Positions 38,701-47,959 of a stretch of DNA of 64,000 bases are shown here, in pieces. Origin of the DNA: Thermoprotei archaeon (GTDB lineage Archaea; Thermoproteota; Thermoprotei_A; Marsarchaeales; Marsarchaeaceae). How positions within the stretch are numbered: position 1 is the first letter of the stretch; every line of letters begins with the position of its first letter. The translations under genes were made by a program, and so were the position numbers. Below the pieces are notes generated by a model. It saw nothing but the letters and a program-made list of their open reading frames with translations. It did no database searches and was not told where the DNA came from. The stretch spans positions 5,261 to 69,260 of the forward strand of contig JAVZLA010000002.1 in assembly GCA_038883995.1 (NCBI GenBank), read 5' to 3'.

Positions 38701-39688
38701 TGCTAACCACGTAGTCTATCGCCTCGTAGAGGCCGTTAACAGCGTCTGAAGAAACAACCAGATCGATTTTGGCCAAAGGAGCCATCGAATGGACTGTTTC
38801 AACATCGAGCGCGGTCTCTATGTCCCATCCTGTGGATACACCCTGGGACGGTTCATATCTGCCTAAAGGTATTATCCGAACATCGGCAGCCGGGAGACCG
38901 AACTGGCTGTCGAATTTCGCCACATCCTGCTGTATTTCCGGGTCGCCGTAGAGTTCAACTACTGCTATGGTTTGACCCTGCCCCTTATACCCAGACGCGT
39001 AGAGGCGAGTCGCGTTGTACGCGTTCTGCAACGTTCCTGGACCATAGTAGGTCGCCGCAAACTTGTACCCTGTTAAAAAGCTAAGAGAGTGCGGGACATG
39101 TGCCTCCTGGATCCTGGTTCCATTGAGTTTCCCAAGAACCAAGTAGCTTGGAGTAAACGACGAAAGGTTTTCGAGCCCAGTAACCTGAAGGCCGGAAAGC
39201 TGAACCGGGAGACTGGGGGTTTCCGCCGGAAAATAGTATTTTACACCAAGGTTGGAAGCCATCCTGAGCGTCGTATGAAACACTCGGTCCACTACACTTG
39301 CATTCGCAGTCACATCAATCATGAATCGGTCAGAACTCACGTAGTTGACCACGAAGCCGTTTGAGGTCAGGTATGATTCAAGAGACATGAACCGCTGGGG
39401 CGCCGGTGAAAATTCTCTGCTAACTTGGGCCTGACTGAGAGGAGGAAGCGTGTGTTCGCTCACGCCGACACTGTAGCCGACCAGATTCGAAAAGTTAGAA
39501 GGTTGAAGGAAGATGGCCAAGTTAACGGGTGTATCGGGCGGTAAATTTGAATATGTTTTACCGTTTAGAGCAGGACCGGCGTATGTCGAATACGTGTACG
39601 CAGCGGCCTGACCACCGTATGCTAAGGTGGCACCCGTGGAGCACGCCAACAGTAACACGATCGCCATAGCCGATAAGAGCTTTAGCAT
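35738..39688 (-). CDS. large secreted, C-terminally membrane-anchored sedolisin (S53) protease with multiple beta-sandwich repeat domains
   Basis: Signal peptide, a pro-kumamolisin-like activation domain, GWDIETALDVE (Glu/Asp of the triad), SMSWG, GGTSLATPTWAG (catalytic Ser), about 700 aa of repeats rich in N-x-S/T sequons, then a C-terminal TM helix. Confidence 0.8.
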   Translation of the reverse strand: MLKLLSAMAIVLLLACSTGATLAYGGQAAAYTYSTYAGPALNGKTYSNLPPDTPVNLAIFLQPSNFSNLVGYSVGVSEHTLPPLSQAQVSREFSPAPQRFMSLESYLTSNGFVVNYVSSDRFMIDVTANASVVDRVFHTTLRMASNLGVKYYFPAETPSLPVQLSGLQVTGLENLSSFTPSYLVLGKLNGTRIQEAHVPHSLSFLTGYKFAATYYGPGTLQNAYNATRLYASGYKGQGQTIAVVELYGDPEIQQDVAKFDSQFGLPAADVRIIPLGRYEPSQGVSTGWDIETALDVETVHSMAPLAKIDLVVSSDAVNGLYEAIDYVVSNDLANITSMSWGLSESLLGETGFYSFGAYGYSYPNLYFALGSDEGISFFAASGDGGSYGGTPTSYGGASFPSSSPFVTSVGGTTLYSNDTYGYNLSNGTGYMGESAWSLSPQYFGQAVGSGGGSSILFPKPWYQDGVVSGPGRATPDVSADANPYTGLVIVAEGVYYAVGGTSLATPTWAGATALLDQFLNTKLGLLNPLLYEIYADKPLYSQAFNTVYFGTNGQYYASKGYSMVTGLGSPDINGLAYALGHLPSHLSIQVSVGGTSGYPQYPYGSTVHVKAEISYPEGLQVSSGNFKGYVLSTTGLVEEFSLAYTDSGWSGSFTVPEGATPNTWEILVNGTSQGYSGAGMSMIDVGLSLSIVQPVPYPYAAPLGPGETFPVEILAAYPNGTPVQNASFTAVFANAQGNSFSVPLQPNGGGDFIGFAQLPSGYPQGVYTMTVYGGVGGQNGSVSTYEYFGEILEAAVFPPVEDGVESVAQGQSVTLIAGAETSSLSGLFTSNITASFISESGKTVLTAFLPLAPDTTQLGIYNLFGLHTANITIPQNVSPGFYTVAFRSVYNGSKPAEYGFYNTSIYVSEPALKYTVLSLNNPVEGGTANLAVRIEYPNGTPVTSGQFTATFLPTQREPSVAVVGSSIGVPMVYLSQLGLWEASYSVPSVLGSNYFGASSVAQLAGSWSVTVAGETTGAVGDSPYYSYFTVQPYTLVNTPLISPSNTSIPLLTETQSGYEMQGVSLQDTTIQNMSLNLIGSDLVNVTVDASNVYIYGSKLSDVRFIGSNAYIVDSQVADSQVGLYAFDSNLTVGQTIFQSLGYGVEAENSVIYNTSDTFIGVVNVSSTEPPQITSFTHTVNYLAGGISVNLKSPPPQKIEAWVNGVATPVSVRRSGFGTYTVKIPFNQLTKPDGAYTVKLLVADGLTYSFSLTVINEAHQLVGQVFQLSVLGVVLVLAVIVLLNTRYGRRTPDGSTGETGAADSPKPQAQEQPSTAT

Positions 39689-39813
39689 TCGACTTTCCCG
39701 TCACCCGCACATATAAACGTTCTACGCCACTACGCTGAGACGGAGAAGCTCAGAACACGGTCGGCTAACTGTATCGAAACACTTTTACATCCATTCCGAA
39801 AAATCGACCGGAT

Positions 39814-40137
39814 ATGCCTGGTCAAACTGGGTTCGTGCAGCTCGCCAAGGCAGAAGAGCTTGAACAAAAGCATCTGAAGGCTGTTAGAGTTAACGGAAAA
39901 CACTACGTGATTGTAGAACACAAGGGTTCGATCTACTGTTTCGACGGCCTGTGCCCGCACGCCGAAGGGCTGCTCGGCTTCGGTCAAGTTCAGGGCAGAT
40001 ACCTGTACTGCACCTATCATCAGGCTGTGTTCGATGTGACAACAGGGAAGCCTCTGGCTGGTTCTCCTACTGATATACCGCTAAGATCCTATCCGGTGAA
40101 GGTTGAAAACGGATTTGTCTACGCCATGCTGGAATAG
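39814..40137 (+). CDS. Rieske [2Fe-2S] ferredoxin-like protein
   Basis: CPHAEGLL...CTYHQAVFDVTTG carries the Rieske C-x-H...C-x-x-H ligands. Confidence 0.85.
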   Translation: MPGQTGFVQLAKAEELEQKHLKAVRVNGKHYVIVEHKGSIYCFDGLCPHAEGLLGFGQVQGRYLYCTYHQAVFDVTTGKPLAGSPTDIPLRSYPVKVENGFVYAMLE

Positions 40138-40171
40138 GAAACCCGTGTCCTTTTTGCCCTCTTCTAGAGGG

Positions 40172-41083
40172 CTACGAAAGCCATTTTGTAAAGGCGTGTT
40201 TGAATCTTTCAGCGGACGCTGAAAACACGACCTCCGCGTTGGAGGGTTTTCCGGTTAGCCCGTAATGGTCGACAAGCATGCCTCCACGCGAGGCGCCGCA
40301 GGTTTCAACGTCGATTCTAAGCTTCTTAGACCGTTCAACGATTCTTCTATCGTAGGCTACGGCCACTGTCAGACTGTCTGGTTGCACACTGCCGGGCAAC
40401 CCCTTGGACCTCGAGTATTCAAAAAGAACCCTGTTTGACTTTACGAAGAATCTAGCTCCCTTGGCTCTGCTGTTAGCCATCTTCTCCCAGTCAGAGCCAT
40501 CTATTAGTGCAGCCTCTTCTGCAACCTCCCACGGCACAACTGTTAGATCGAACCCGGCGTTGAAAACTATGTTCGCTGCCTCTGGGTCAACCCAGAAATT
40601 GTATTCCGCCAGCTGAGTGGTGTTTCCTCTGGAGAAGGCGCCGCCCATAACCCATACCTTTTTGACCCTTTTGGCTATTTCGGGGTCTTTGAGATATGCG
40701 AGCGCGAGATTTGTCAGCGGAGAAACTGCCAGAATTTCTAGTTCACCCTCAAACTCTTTCGAAAGGCGTATGATTTCATCCGGAGCGTAGCCTCCCGCAG
40801 GCTTCTTCTTTGGGGTAGGGTATCGCCAGCCACCCATTCCGTTGTCGCCATGGACTTCTTCTACGGTTCTCCAAGCACCCATTATGGGTCTCCTGGCACC
40901 GCGAAAAACCGGCGCGTCCGACCCGAAATAGTCAAGTGTGAAGAGCGCGTTTTCAACCTGCCTTTCAAAACTGACGTTTCCTGCTACTATTGTTACAGCA
41001 AGTAGATCGAACGTCTTAAGGGTGCATGCCAACGCCACAGCATCGTCGCTCGCAGTGTCTGAGTCAAACACTACCTTTCTCAA
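40172..41083 (-). CDS. nucleoside hydrolase (IUNH family)
   Basis: N-terminal VVFDSDTASDDAVAL (the DxDxxxDD fingerprint). Confidence 0.85.
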   Translation of the reverse strand: MRKVVFDSDTASDDAVALACTLKTFDLLAVTIVAGNVSFERQVENALFTLDYFGSDAPVFRGARRPIMGAWRTVEEVHGDNGMGGWRYPTPKKKPAGGYAPDEIIRLSKEFEGELEILAVSPLTNLALAYLKDPEIAKRVKKVWVMGGAFSRGNTTQLAEYNFWVDPEAANIVFNAGFDLTVVPWEVAEEAALIDGSDWEKMANSRAKGARFFVKSNRVLFEYSRSKGLPGSVQPDSLTVAVAYDRRIVERSKKLRIDVETCGASRGGMLVDHYGLTGKPSNAEVVFSASAERFKHAFTKWLS

Positions 41084-41224
41084 AAGTGGGTCGAAATCTG
41101 TTGCCAGGCTTAAAACAATAAGCTTTCCGTGAGTTTTCGGCTGACCCGGCTTGTTTGAGGCAACAATGGCATATAAGAAGACTGTTCATGGTAAACATAT
41201 ATAGACCGGGAAAGTAGGCGCTGC

Positions 41225-42184
41225 GTGACCAATCTAATTTCCTTCGGAGCCGTCAACTGGGACACCACCCTGTTTGTTGACAGCTTCCCCAAGCCCGGTG
41301 AAGAAGTAAGAGTGATGAAGATGTCCTCTGTACCCGGAGGCACAGCCGGAAACATAGCTGTGGCTGCTGCCAGAATACTTGGAGGTGGAAAAGTTGGTAT
41401 ACTCGGCGCGGTTGGGTCGGATCAAATAGGACAAAGACAGATCGAACTGTTCGAGCGGGAAGGAGTTTTGGTCAATGGCCTACAAGTGGTGAATTCAAAT
41501 GAATCCGGTCAGGCGTTTGTCACCGTTAACAGCAAGGGAGAAAACACCGTCGAAACATTTTTCGGCGCAAACCATCTTTTGGACCCGGAAAAAGCGGTAG
41601 GGTACATCAGATCAGAAATGGAGAAAAACTCGGTGCTGGTGGTTACAGACCCACCTTTGACGTCAGTTGAACCAGTTCTGAAGGCCGCGCGGTCCATGGA
41701 CGCAAAAGTGATCTGGGACCCGGGTGTCTGGATCAGTGAATTGGCGGCTAAGGGGTGGCGTCTTGTTGAATTCGCAGACTACATGGTACTTAACAGCGTC
41801 GAATACAAGTCTGTTTTCGAAAGCGGCCGCCACCCACCTGAAAAGCTTCTTGCGGAAGTTGGAGCTAACTTGAAACTGGTGGTTAAGCGTGGCGCAGATG
41901 GTTGCGAAATCCACTCTGACGATGGCGTCAAAAAGATTCCAAGTGTCAGGCTGGAGGACCACGGCTACTCTGTAGTCAACACGACGGGCTGCGGAGACGC
42001 GTTTCTGGGGGCTCTCGGCGCGGCTCTGAGCCTAGGCTTGAGTGACGGACAGTCGCTTGAAATCGCAAACATCGCAGGAGCATTCAAGGCCACAAAATCT
42101 GAAACCAGGGGTTCTGGAACGGCGCGAGAACTGTCCGGCTTCTCGAAAACAGTAGGTCTTGAGTTTCCGCTTGAAGAAGTTTAG
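41225..42184 (+). CDS. PfkB-family carbohydrate kinase (ribokinase-like)
   Basis: GGTAGNIAVAAA N-terminal motif and the C-terminal DTTGCGDAFLGAL signature. Confidence 0.8.
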   Translation: MTNLISFGAVNWDTTLFVDSFPKPGEEVRVMKMSSVPGGTAGNIAVAAARILGGGKVGILGAVGSDQIGQRQIELFEREGVLVNGLQVVNSNESGQAFVTVNSKGENTVETFFGANHLLDPEKAVGYIRSEMEKNSVLVVTDPPLTSVEPVLKAARSMDAKVIWDPGVWISELAAKGWRLVEFADYMVLNSVEYKSVFESGRHPPEKLLAEVGANLKLVVKRGADGCEIHSDDGVKKIPSVRLEDHGYSVVNTTGCGDAFLGALGAALSLGLSDGQSLEIANIAGAFKATKSETRGSGTARELSGFSKTVGLEFPLEEV

Positions 42185-42348
42185 CGCATCCATCTATATG
42201 TTAGTGTCCGCATGCGGTCGGTCTCTTGTTTGCGGGCGATGCAAAGAGTAACGAAAACCACATGTTAGCTCCGGAAAACTCCAAATTTTTGGGGGTTTTC
42301 GTAGTGTAAACGCCACGTACAGAAGGCTGCAAACATGGTTGCGGTGCT

Positions 42349-44670
42349 TCAGTAGAAGCCTGTTTCAGCAAGCTCTTCTTCTTGGTCTCCGTTTATCAGT
42401 GAATACAGTCGCCCCGGGGTAAGCGGCAAAGCGTTCACCTTTTTGCCGATGGCTTCGGTTACAGCGTTAAGCACTGCCGCTGCCACCCCAATTATAGGCG
42501 GCTCCCCTATGCCTTTGGCGCCTATGGTGTTTGCGCGAGAATCGTCTGGCTCGACGAACTCCACAATCAGTTGAGACACGTCCGATGAGCGGGGAACAAT
42601 ATAGTCTGCGAGGTTGGGGTTGAGAACCACTCCGCTCTTCTTATTCATGATCCTGCCCTCGGAAAGAGCGTATCCAAGGCCTTGAACTATGCCTCCCTGA
42701 ACCTGACTTGAAGTAAGCTTTGGGTTGATTATTTTGCCGCTGTCATGCACCGAAACAAACTTTGTTATCTCCACTTCGCCGGACTCGAGGTCAACCTCTA
42801 CCTCGGCGAATTGAGCCGCGAAAGTGTTGACCAGATAGGAGTCATCGTTGGGTCCCCTTGAACCCTTGCCCATAACCGAAAAGTCGCCCAGTTTCTGGAG
42901 AAGTTCTGCCACACCTATTTGCACACCGTTGTCTACGCCTCTTATGACGCCGTCAGAAAGGCTGAGCTTCTCCTTAGCCACGTCAAGCATCTGTGAAGCC
43001 AGTTCAATCAACTGCTGTTTGGCGTCGTGGGCAGCTCCTCTTACAGCGGGGCCGACCGAAGCCAACGTGCCGCTTCCCCCGCTTCCAGGAGAATAAAGCT
43101 CCGTTGACGTGTCCCCTAGGGTCACGCTTACAGACGACACGTCCATACCCAATTCTTCTGCAGCAATCTGGGCCAGCGCCGTTCTTGTCCCGGTGCCTAT
43201 GTCCTGCGTGCCTGTAACCACTAGGACACTTCCATCGGGATTCACTTTCACCTGAGCGTACGCGGGAGGACCTCCGCCACCCCACCATATCACGCTTGCC
43301 ATCCCCTTCCCAACCGCCTTGGAGCCTTTTCTGTAGGAGCGGGGGCCTTTACGCCACCCCACTAGTTCAGCTCCTTTTTCATATGCTTCTCTGAGAGCTT
43401 TGGAGCTGTAGGGTAAGCCCATCGACTGATCTTTTTCCGCATAATTCCTAATTCTAAGTTCAAGCGGGTCCATGTTCAGCTTCCGGGCAAGTTCATCCAT
43501 GGCTCTTTCAAGGCTGAAGTGACCCTCCACGTATCCTGGAGCCCTGAAGGCTGTGCACGAGACGCTGTTGGTTCTGACCCCGTAAACCTCTGTGCGCACG
43601 TTGGCGCAGTTGTAAAGCATCTTGTATGGACCGCCCGGATCAGCTGCCCAGCCGTTTACACCAACGTTCACGGTTGCCTTAAGATAGATCGCGGTCAGTG
43701 TTCCGTCTCGTTTTGCACCGATCTTGACGTGTTGAACCGTCTGGCTTCTGTTACCTGTGGCCAAGTTTTCCTCTGTTCTGTCCAGTACGATTTTCACCGG
43801 TCTGTTTAACGTCTTGGCCGCGGCGGCTGCAAACACAGTGTATTTGCCGGGTCCAAACTTGCTTCCGAAGCCTCCGCCCATGTATGGTCCGATAACCCTT
43901 ATGTTTCTTTCAGGTACGCCAAGAGTCTTTGAAAGGGATTCTCTGACTCCGAACAGAGATTGAGTGGATGTATAAACAGTCAGGTTTTCTCCTTCCCACA
44001 CGGCCACGCTTCCGTGTGTTTCCATACAGTTGTGCAACGCCGCCTGGGTTCTGAACTCTTCTTCTATAACAATGTCTGCTTGCTTGAAGCCGTCTTCCAC
44101 ACTCCCTCGCTCATATATCTTCGGAGCGCCACCTGCCAGGTTCCCTTCCGGGAAAAGCTTGCGCTCAGAAGATAGAGAGTCCTTTGGGTCGACCACCGGT
44201 TCCAGCTCATCGTATTCTACTTCCACCAGTTCCAAGGCGTCTTCCGCGGTTTGCTCGTCCGAAGCGATAACGAGAAGCACTTCGTCACCGTTGTACATCA
44301 GTTCATCTTTCAGCAGCTTTTTGACGCCATCAAAGGGAAGTTCCGATAGGTTCTGATGTGAGTAGATTGCGACAACACCTGGAAGAGAACGTGCTTTAGA
44401 ATCATCTATTCGTTTGACCTTTGCATGCCCGTACGGGCAGCGCAGGAATTTCCCGTAAAGCATTCCGGGAAGCTGTACATCGTGCGTGTATCTGGCTGAA
44501 CCAGAGACTTTGGCTTCCGCATCCACTCTTGACACACCAGTCCCAATAGTCCTGTTCTTATCAGAGGAAACCCAAGGTTGTAGTTGCTCTCCTTCGACTA
44601 CAACATACTCGTCTCTGAACCTGCCTTCAAATTCCACTCTAGTCTTTACGACTTTGACCACGAAGTTCAC
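42349..44670 (-). CDS. molybdopterin-dependent hydroxylase large subunit (xanthine dehydrogenase/aldehyde oxidoreductase family; not a form-I CODH)
   Basis: 773 aa with a/b-hammerhead and Moco-binding domains. GGGFGSK, TAFRAPG and GIGEPPIIG motifs are present. The form-I CODH loop AYxCSFR is absent. Confidence 0.85.
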   Translation of the reverse strand: MNFVVKVVKTRVEFEGRFRDEYVVVEGEQLQPWVSSDKNRTIGTGVSRVDAEAKVSGSARYTHDVQLPGMLYGKFLRCPYGHAKVKRIDDSKARSLPGVVAIYSHQNLSELPFDGVKKLLKDELMYNGDEVLLVIASDEQTAEDALELVEVEYDELEPVVDPKDSLSSERKLFPEGNLAGGAPKIYERGSVEDGFKQADIVIEEEFRTQAALHNCMETHGSVAVWEGENLTVYTSTQSLFGVRESLSKTLGVPERNIRVIGPYMGGGFGSKFGPGKYTVFAAAAAKTLNRPVKIVLDRTEENLATGNRSQTVQHVKIGAKRDGTLTAIYLKATVNVGVNGWAADPGGPYKMLYNCANVRTEVYGVRTNSVSCTAFRAPGYVEGHFSLERAMDELARKLNMDPLELRIRNYAEKDQSMGLPYSSKALREAYEKGAELVGWRKGPRSYRKGSKAVGKGMASVIWWGGGGPPAYAQVKVNPDGSVLVVTGTQDIGTGTRTALAQIAAEELGMDVSSVSVTLGDTSTELYSPGSGGSGTLASVGPAVRGAAHDAKQQLIELASQMLDVAKEKLSLSDGVIRGVDNGVQIGVAELLQKLGDFSVMGKGSRGPNDDSYLVNTFAAQFAEVEVDLESGEVEITKFVSVHDSGKIINPKLTSSQVQGGIVQGLGYALSEGRIMNKKSGVVLNPNLADYIVPRSSDVSQLIVEFVEPDDSRANTIGAKGIGEPPIIGVAAAVLNAVTEAIGKKVNALPLTPGRLYSLINGDQEEELAETGFY

Positions 44671-45182
44671 CTGCTCCTTGAAGCCTCAAGTACCGCCTTA
44701 ACAATGTTGGAGTACGCGCCGCACCTGCAAATATTTCCAGCCATATACTGCTTTACCGTTTCTTCTGACGGGCTGGGGTGTTCGGAGATTAACGACTTCG
44801 CGAGCATAAGCTGGCCGGGTGTGCAAAAACCACACTGAAGCGCGTCGTTCCTTATGAAGGATTCCTGAAGCGGATCAAGCTTCCCGGAAGACGCGAGCCC
44901 TTCCACAGTGAGAACATCCATTCCGTCTACAGAAACCGCAAGAGTGAGACATGAAAGCCTTGCTTTACCGTTAACAATAACCGTGCACGCACCACAGTTC
45001 CCCATGTCGCATCCTTTTTTCGCTCCTGTTAAGCCGAGCCCTAGACGGAGGGCGTCGAGTAGAGTGGTACGAGGCTCAACTGACAAACCATATCTGGAGC
45101 CATTCACCGTGAGTTCTATCTTTTCCAGCGGAATCCTGTTTCGCGCTATGTTAGTCTCGGCGTCGGACATGGTTTCAGCCAA
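44667..45182 (-). CDS. molybdenum hydroxylase [2Fe-2S] small subunit (second copy)
   Basis: CDMGNCGACTV...SC and LQCGFCTPG...NICRCGAYSNIVKAV. Translationally coupled to the large subunit by a 4-nt overlap. The likely true start is the first ATG at 45170. Confidence 0.9.
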   Translation of the reverse strand: MAETMSDAETNIARNRIPLEKIELTVNGSRYGLSVEPRTTLLDALRLGLGLTGAKKGCDMGNCGACTVIVNGKARLSCLTLAVSVDGMDVLTVEGLASSGKLDPLQESFIRNDALQCGFCTPGQLMLAKSLISEHPSPSEETVKQYMAGNICRCGAYSNIVKAVLEASRSR

Positions 45183-45196
45183 TCATAAGAGTATCT

Positions 45197-45205
45197 ATAA
45201 GTCTT
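45197..45205 (-). promoter_or_regulatory. BRE/TATA-like promoter core AAGACTTAT (minus strand), ending 27 nt before ATG 45170
   Basis: Same 9-mer and same spacing as upstream of coxM-like 1517. The downstream GATTnnCTGAA(A)CC is also shared. Confidence 0.4.
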
Positions 45206-45323
45206 GATACAGTTAGCCCCACAGGGCTCAGTCACGATTCTGGCGATTAGGACTCCTTATATCTTGTCCCGACATGCTTGGAAAGTGCCTCCGACATAAA
45301 GGTTATCGGGGACAGATTTTGGT

Positions 45324-47729
45324 GTGAATGACTTGAAGTTTCGGGGAGACATATCTGCCTTCGGCTGGCCTGGAATAGACCCAACATGGAGCCGGGGAGA
45401 CAAGGATGGCGTTGGATCAGCGTACTCGGCGTCCAGCAAGGTATGGTTCACGATCTGGAGGGGGCTTGTGACCGAGGTGTACTATCCAACGATAGATCTG
45501 CCTCAGACGAGAGACTTCCAGTTCCTGCTAACAGACGGTCGTACTTTCTTTCACGATGAAAAGAGGGGTCCGCCAGCCAAGGTTAGAAGGCTTAGCCACC
45601 ATTCAACCGGATATTCCATGGAGACTGCTGATGCAGGCGGAAGGTACCGTTTAAAGAAGGAGGTCATAGCGGACCCCCATCTGCCGGTAGTCTTAGTGAA
45701 CGTCGAGTTCGAGCAGCTGACCGAAGGCTCTCCCATACGCCTTTATGCGCTTTGTGCGCCCCACATGTGCGGCGCAGGAAGACATAACAACGGATATGTC
45801 GTGGAGGCAGCAGGAAGAGAAATTCTCATAGCCGAAAGAAACGGCTTCTGGATGGCCATGGGAGCCACCGTGCCTTTCTCCGCGCTGTCATGCGGCTACG
45901 TCGGTTCGAGCGACGGATGGACCGACCTTGCGTCCAACATGCAGATGGATTGGAAGTTCGACAAGGCTTTGGACGGAAACATAGCACTGACCGGAGAACT
46001 TCCAGAAGGAGCATCACACTCGTTTACGCTTGGGTTGGCCTTCGGCAGAAGCCTCCACAGCGCCACCACGTCGTTGTTCCAGTCTCTTTCCTTCCCCTTC
46101 CAAGAGTCGAAGCAGAGGTTTCTGGAGCAGTGGGAGAGACCCTACGATAAGCTACTCGCCCTTGAGAATGACTCCTATGACGGTGGGAACCTGTACCATA
46201 GTAGTTACAGTCTGCTCAGAACTCACGAGGACAAGTCCTATCCAGGCGCATTCATAGCTTCCCTGTCTGTGCCTTGGGGCGAGTCAGCTGGCGACGACGA
46301 CATAGGAGGCTACCATCTGGTGTGGACCAGAGACATGGTGCATTCCGTAACCGCGTTGATGGCGGCCGGGGATACCGAGACGCCTTTACGCGCCTTAATA
46401 TATCTTGCAAACGTACAAAATCAGGACGGCGGCTTTTCACAGAACTTCTGGATCGACGGAGAGCACTACTGGAGCGGAATACAATTGGACGAGGTGTCCT
46501 TTCCCATCATGCTGGCGTGGAGACTCTGGAAGCTGGGAGCCCTAAAGGGCTTCGACCCTTATCCAATGGTCCTCGCCGCCGCAGCCTACATTGTAAAGCA
46601 GGGACCGGTGACCGAACAGGAACGATGGGAAGAAGTAAGCGGCTACTCTCCTTCAACATTAGCCGCAAACATAACCGCTCTGGTATGCGCATCCGAGTTC
46701 GCCAAAGACAGAGGCGACCATGCTTCGGCCCAGTATCTCCTAGACTATGCGGACTTCCTCGAATCGCATATCGAGTCGTGGACCGTAACACAGTGTGGCA
46801 CGCTTGTTCCAGATATCAGGAAACACTACATCAGAATACTTCCTGTAAAAATAGGTGACGACCAGCCACAAGAAGACCCGGACAGCGCAGTACTGGAACT
46901 GGCTAACGTCGCTCCGAACGAACCCAGATTCGTTCCTGCGAGGACAGTTGTCGACGCTGGCTTTCTCGAGTTGGTGCGATATGGTGTTCGCGACCCAACG
47001 GATCCCCTGATCGTTGACTCGCTCAAAGTGGTGGACTCTGTTCTTAAGGTTGAGACTCCGCAGGGTCCGTGCTGGCGCAGATACAACGGCGATGGTTACG
47101 GCCAAAGAGAAGACGGATCGCCTTACGCCGGATGGGGGAAGGGCAGGGCCTGGCCTCTTCTCACAGGAGAGCGGGGCCACTATGAGATAGCCGCGGGAAG
47201 AAGCGCTGAAAAATTCTTGAAGTCGCTTGAAGCCTTTTCGAGCTCGACTGGTCTTTTGCCCGAGCAGATCTGGGATTCGGATGATATTCCTGCCAAACAT
47301 CTTTATCTTGGTAAACCGACCGGCTCGGCTATGCCTTTGATGTGGGCTCATTCAGAGTACATCAAACTGTTGAGGTCTTCACATGATATGAGAGTGTTCG
47401 ACAAGTTTGATTCTGTTTACTTGCGATACGTTGAATCGAAAACCAGCATTAAAAGATTTGAAGTCTGGAGTTTTAACAGGAAGACAACAAGTGTTAAAAA
47501 AGGCTACATACTGAGGGTTCAGGCGCTCTCGGCTTTCAGACTGCACTGGTCTTCGGATAACTGGACCCACACTAAGGATACTGATTCTTCTACTAACACG
47601 CTGAGCGTCTACCATGTTGACATTGATACAGCGTCCTTAGATTGCAACCGGATAGTATTCACCTTTTACTGGGTTAAGGCGAAAAAATGGGAGGGAAAGG
47701 ACTTCTCGGTCACGGTTATTTCACCTTGA
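45324..47729 (+). CDS. GH15 glucoamylase-family glycoside hydrolase with an N-terminal beta-sandwich and an extra C-terminal domain
   Basis: GGYHLVWTRDM and EQERWEE (GH15 catalytic region), (alpha/alpha)6 length, and a C-terminal beta-rich domain of about 100 aa. Confidence 0.8.
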   Translation: MNDLKFRGDISAFGWPGIDPTWSRGDKDGVGSAYSASSKVWFTIWRGLVTEVYYPTIDLPQTRDFQFLLTDGRTFFHDEKRGPPAKVRRLSHHSTGYSMETADAGGRYRLKKEVIADPHLPVVLVNVEFEQLTEGSPIRLYALCAPHMCGAGRHNNGYVVEAAGREILIAERNGFWMAMGATVPFSALSCGYVGSSDGWTDLASNMQMDWKFDKALDGNIALTGELPEGASHSFTLGLAFGRSLHSATTSLFQSLSFPFQESKQRFLEQWERPYDKLLALENDSYDGGNLYHSSYSLLRTHEDKSYPGAFIASLSVPWGESAGDDDIGGYHLVWTRDMVHSVTALMAAGDTETPLRALIYLANVQNQDGGFSQNFWIDGEHYWSGIQLDEVSFPIMLAWRLWKLGALKGFDPYPMVLAAAAYIVKQGPVTEQERWEEVSGYSPSTLAANITALVCASEFAKDRGDHASAQYLLDYADFLESHIESWTVTQCGTLVPDIRKHYIRILPVKIGDDQPQEDPDSAVLELANVAPNEPRFVPARTVVDAGFLELVRYGVRDPTDPLIVDSLKVVDSVLKVETPQGPCWRRYNGDGYGQREDGSPYAGWGKGRAWPLLTGERGHYEIAAGRSAEKFLKSLEAFSSSTGLLPEQIWDSDDIPAKHLYLGKPTGSAMPLMWAHSEYIKLLRSSHDMRVFDKFDSVYLRYVESKTSIKRFEVWSFNRKTTSVKKGYILRVQALSAFRLHWSSDNWTHTKDTDSSTNTLSVYHVDIDTASLDCNRIVFTFYWVKAKKWEGKDFSVTVISP

Positions 47730-47959
47730 AGCCACAAATTTTTCCATGAAGGGTTTCTTGACTGCCGTACCACAGAATTTGGCGTGTATGGTGAATTTCT
47801 ATGTGTTCGGAGTTTGACACCGGTAACAACTGCCGCGTTCCACGTGCAAGCGCGTGCTTCTACTGAAAATCAGGAATCGTCGCATAGCAACAATTGGTTC
47901 GCTGGCGGTCTTTCCCCCGCTAAGCGTATAAACGGGTTGCGCGACTCCTTACCAATCAC

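Noticed and set aside
42349-44670. Annotation as aerobic carbon monoxide dehydrogenase large subunit (CoxL).
   Set aside because: The form-I CODH active-site loop AYxCSFR is absent; the sequence reads SCTAFRAPG. The context (nucleoside hydrolase, ribokinase) fits a generic XDH/aldehyde-oxidoreductase-family hydroxylase better.
46274-47351. ORFs of 194 aa (+, out of frame) and 203 aa (-) inside the GH15 gene.
   Set aside because: Both are Arg/Ser/Pro-rich shadow ORFs within a CDS that carries clear GH15 catalytic motifs. They are typical of alternative frames in moderately GC-rich coding DNA.
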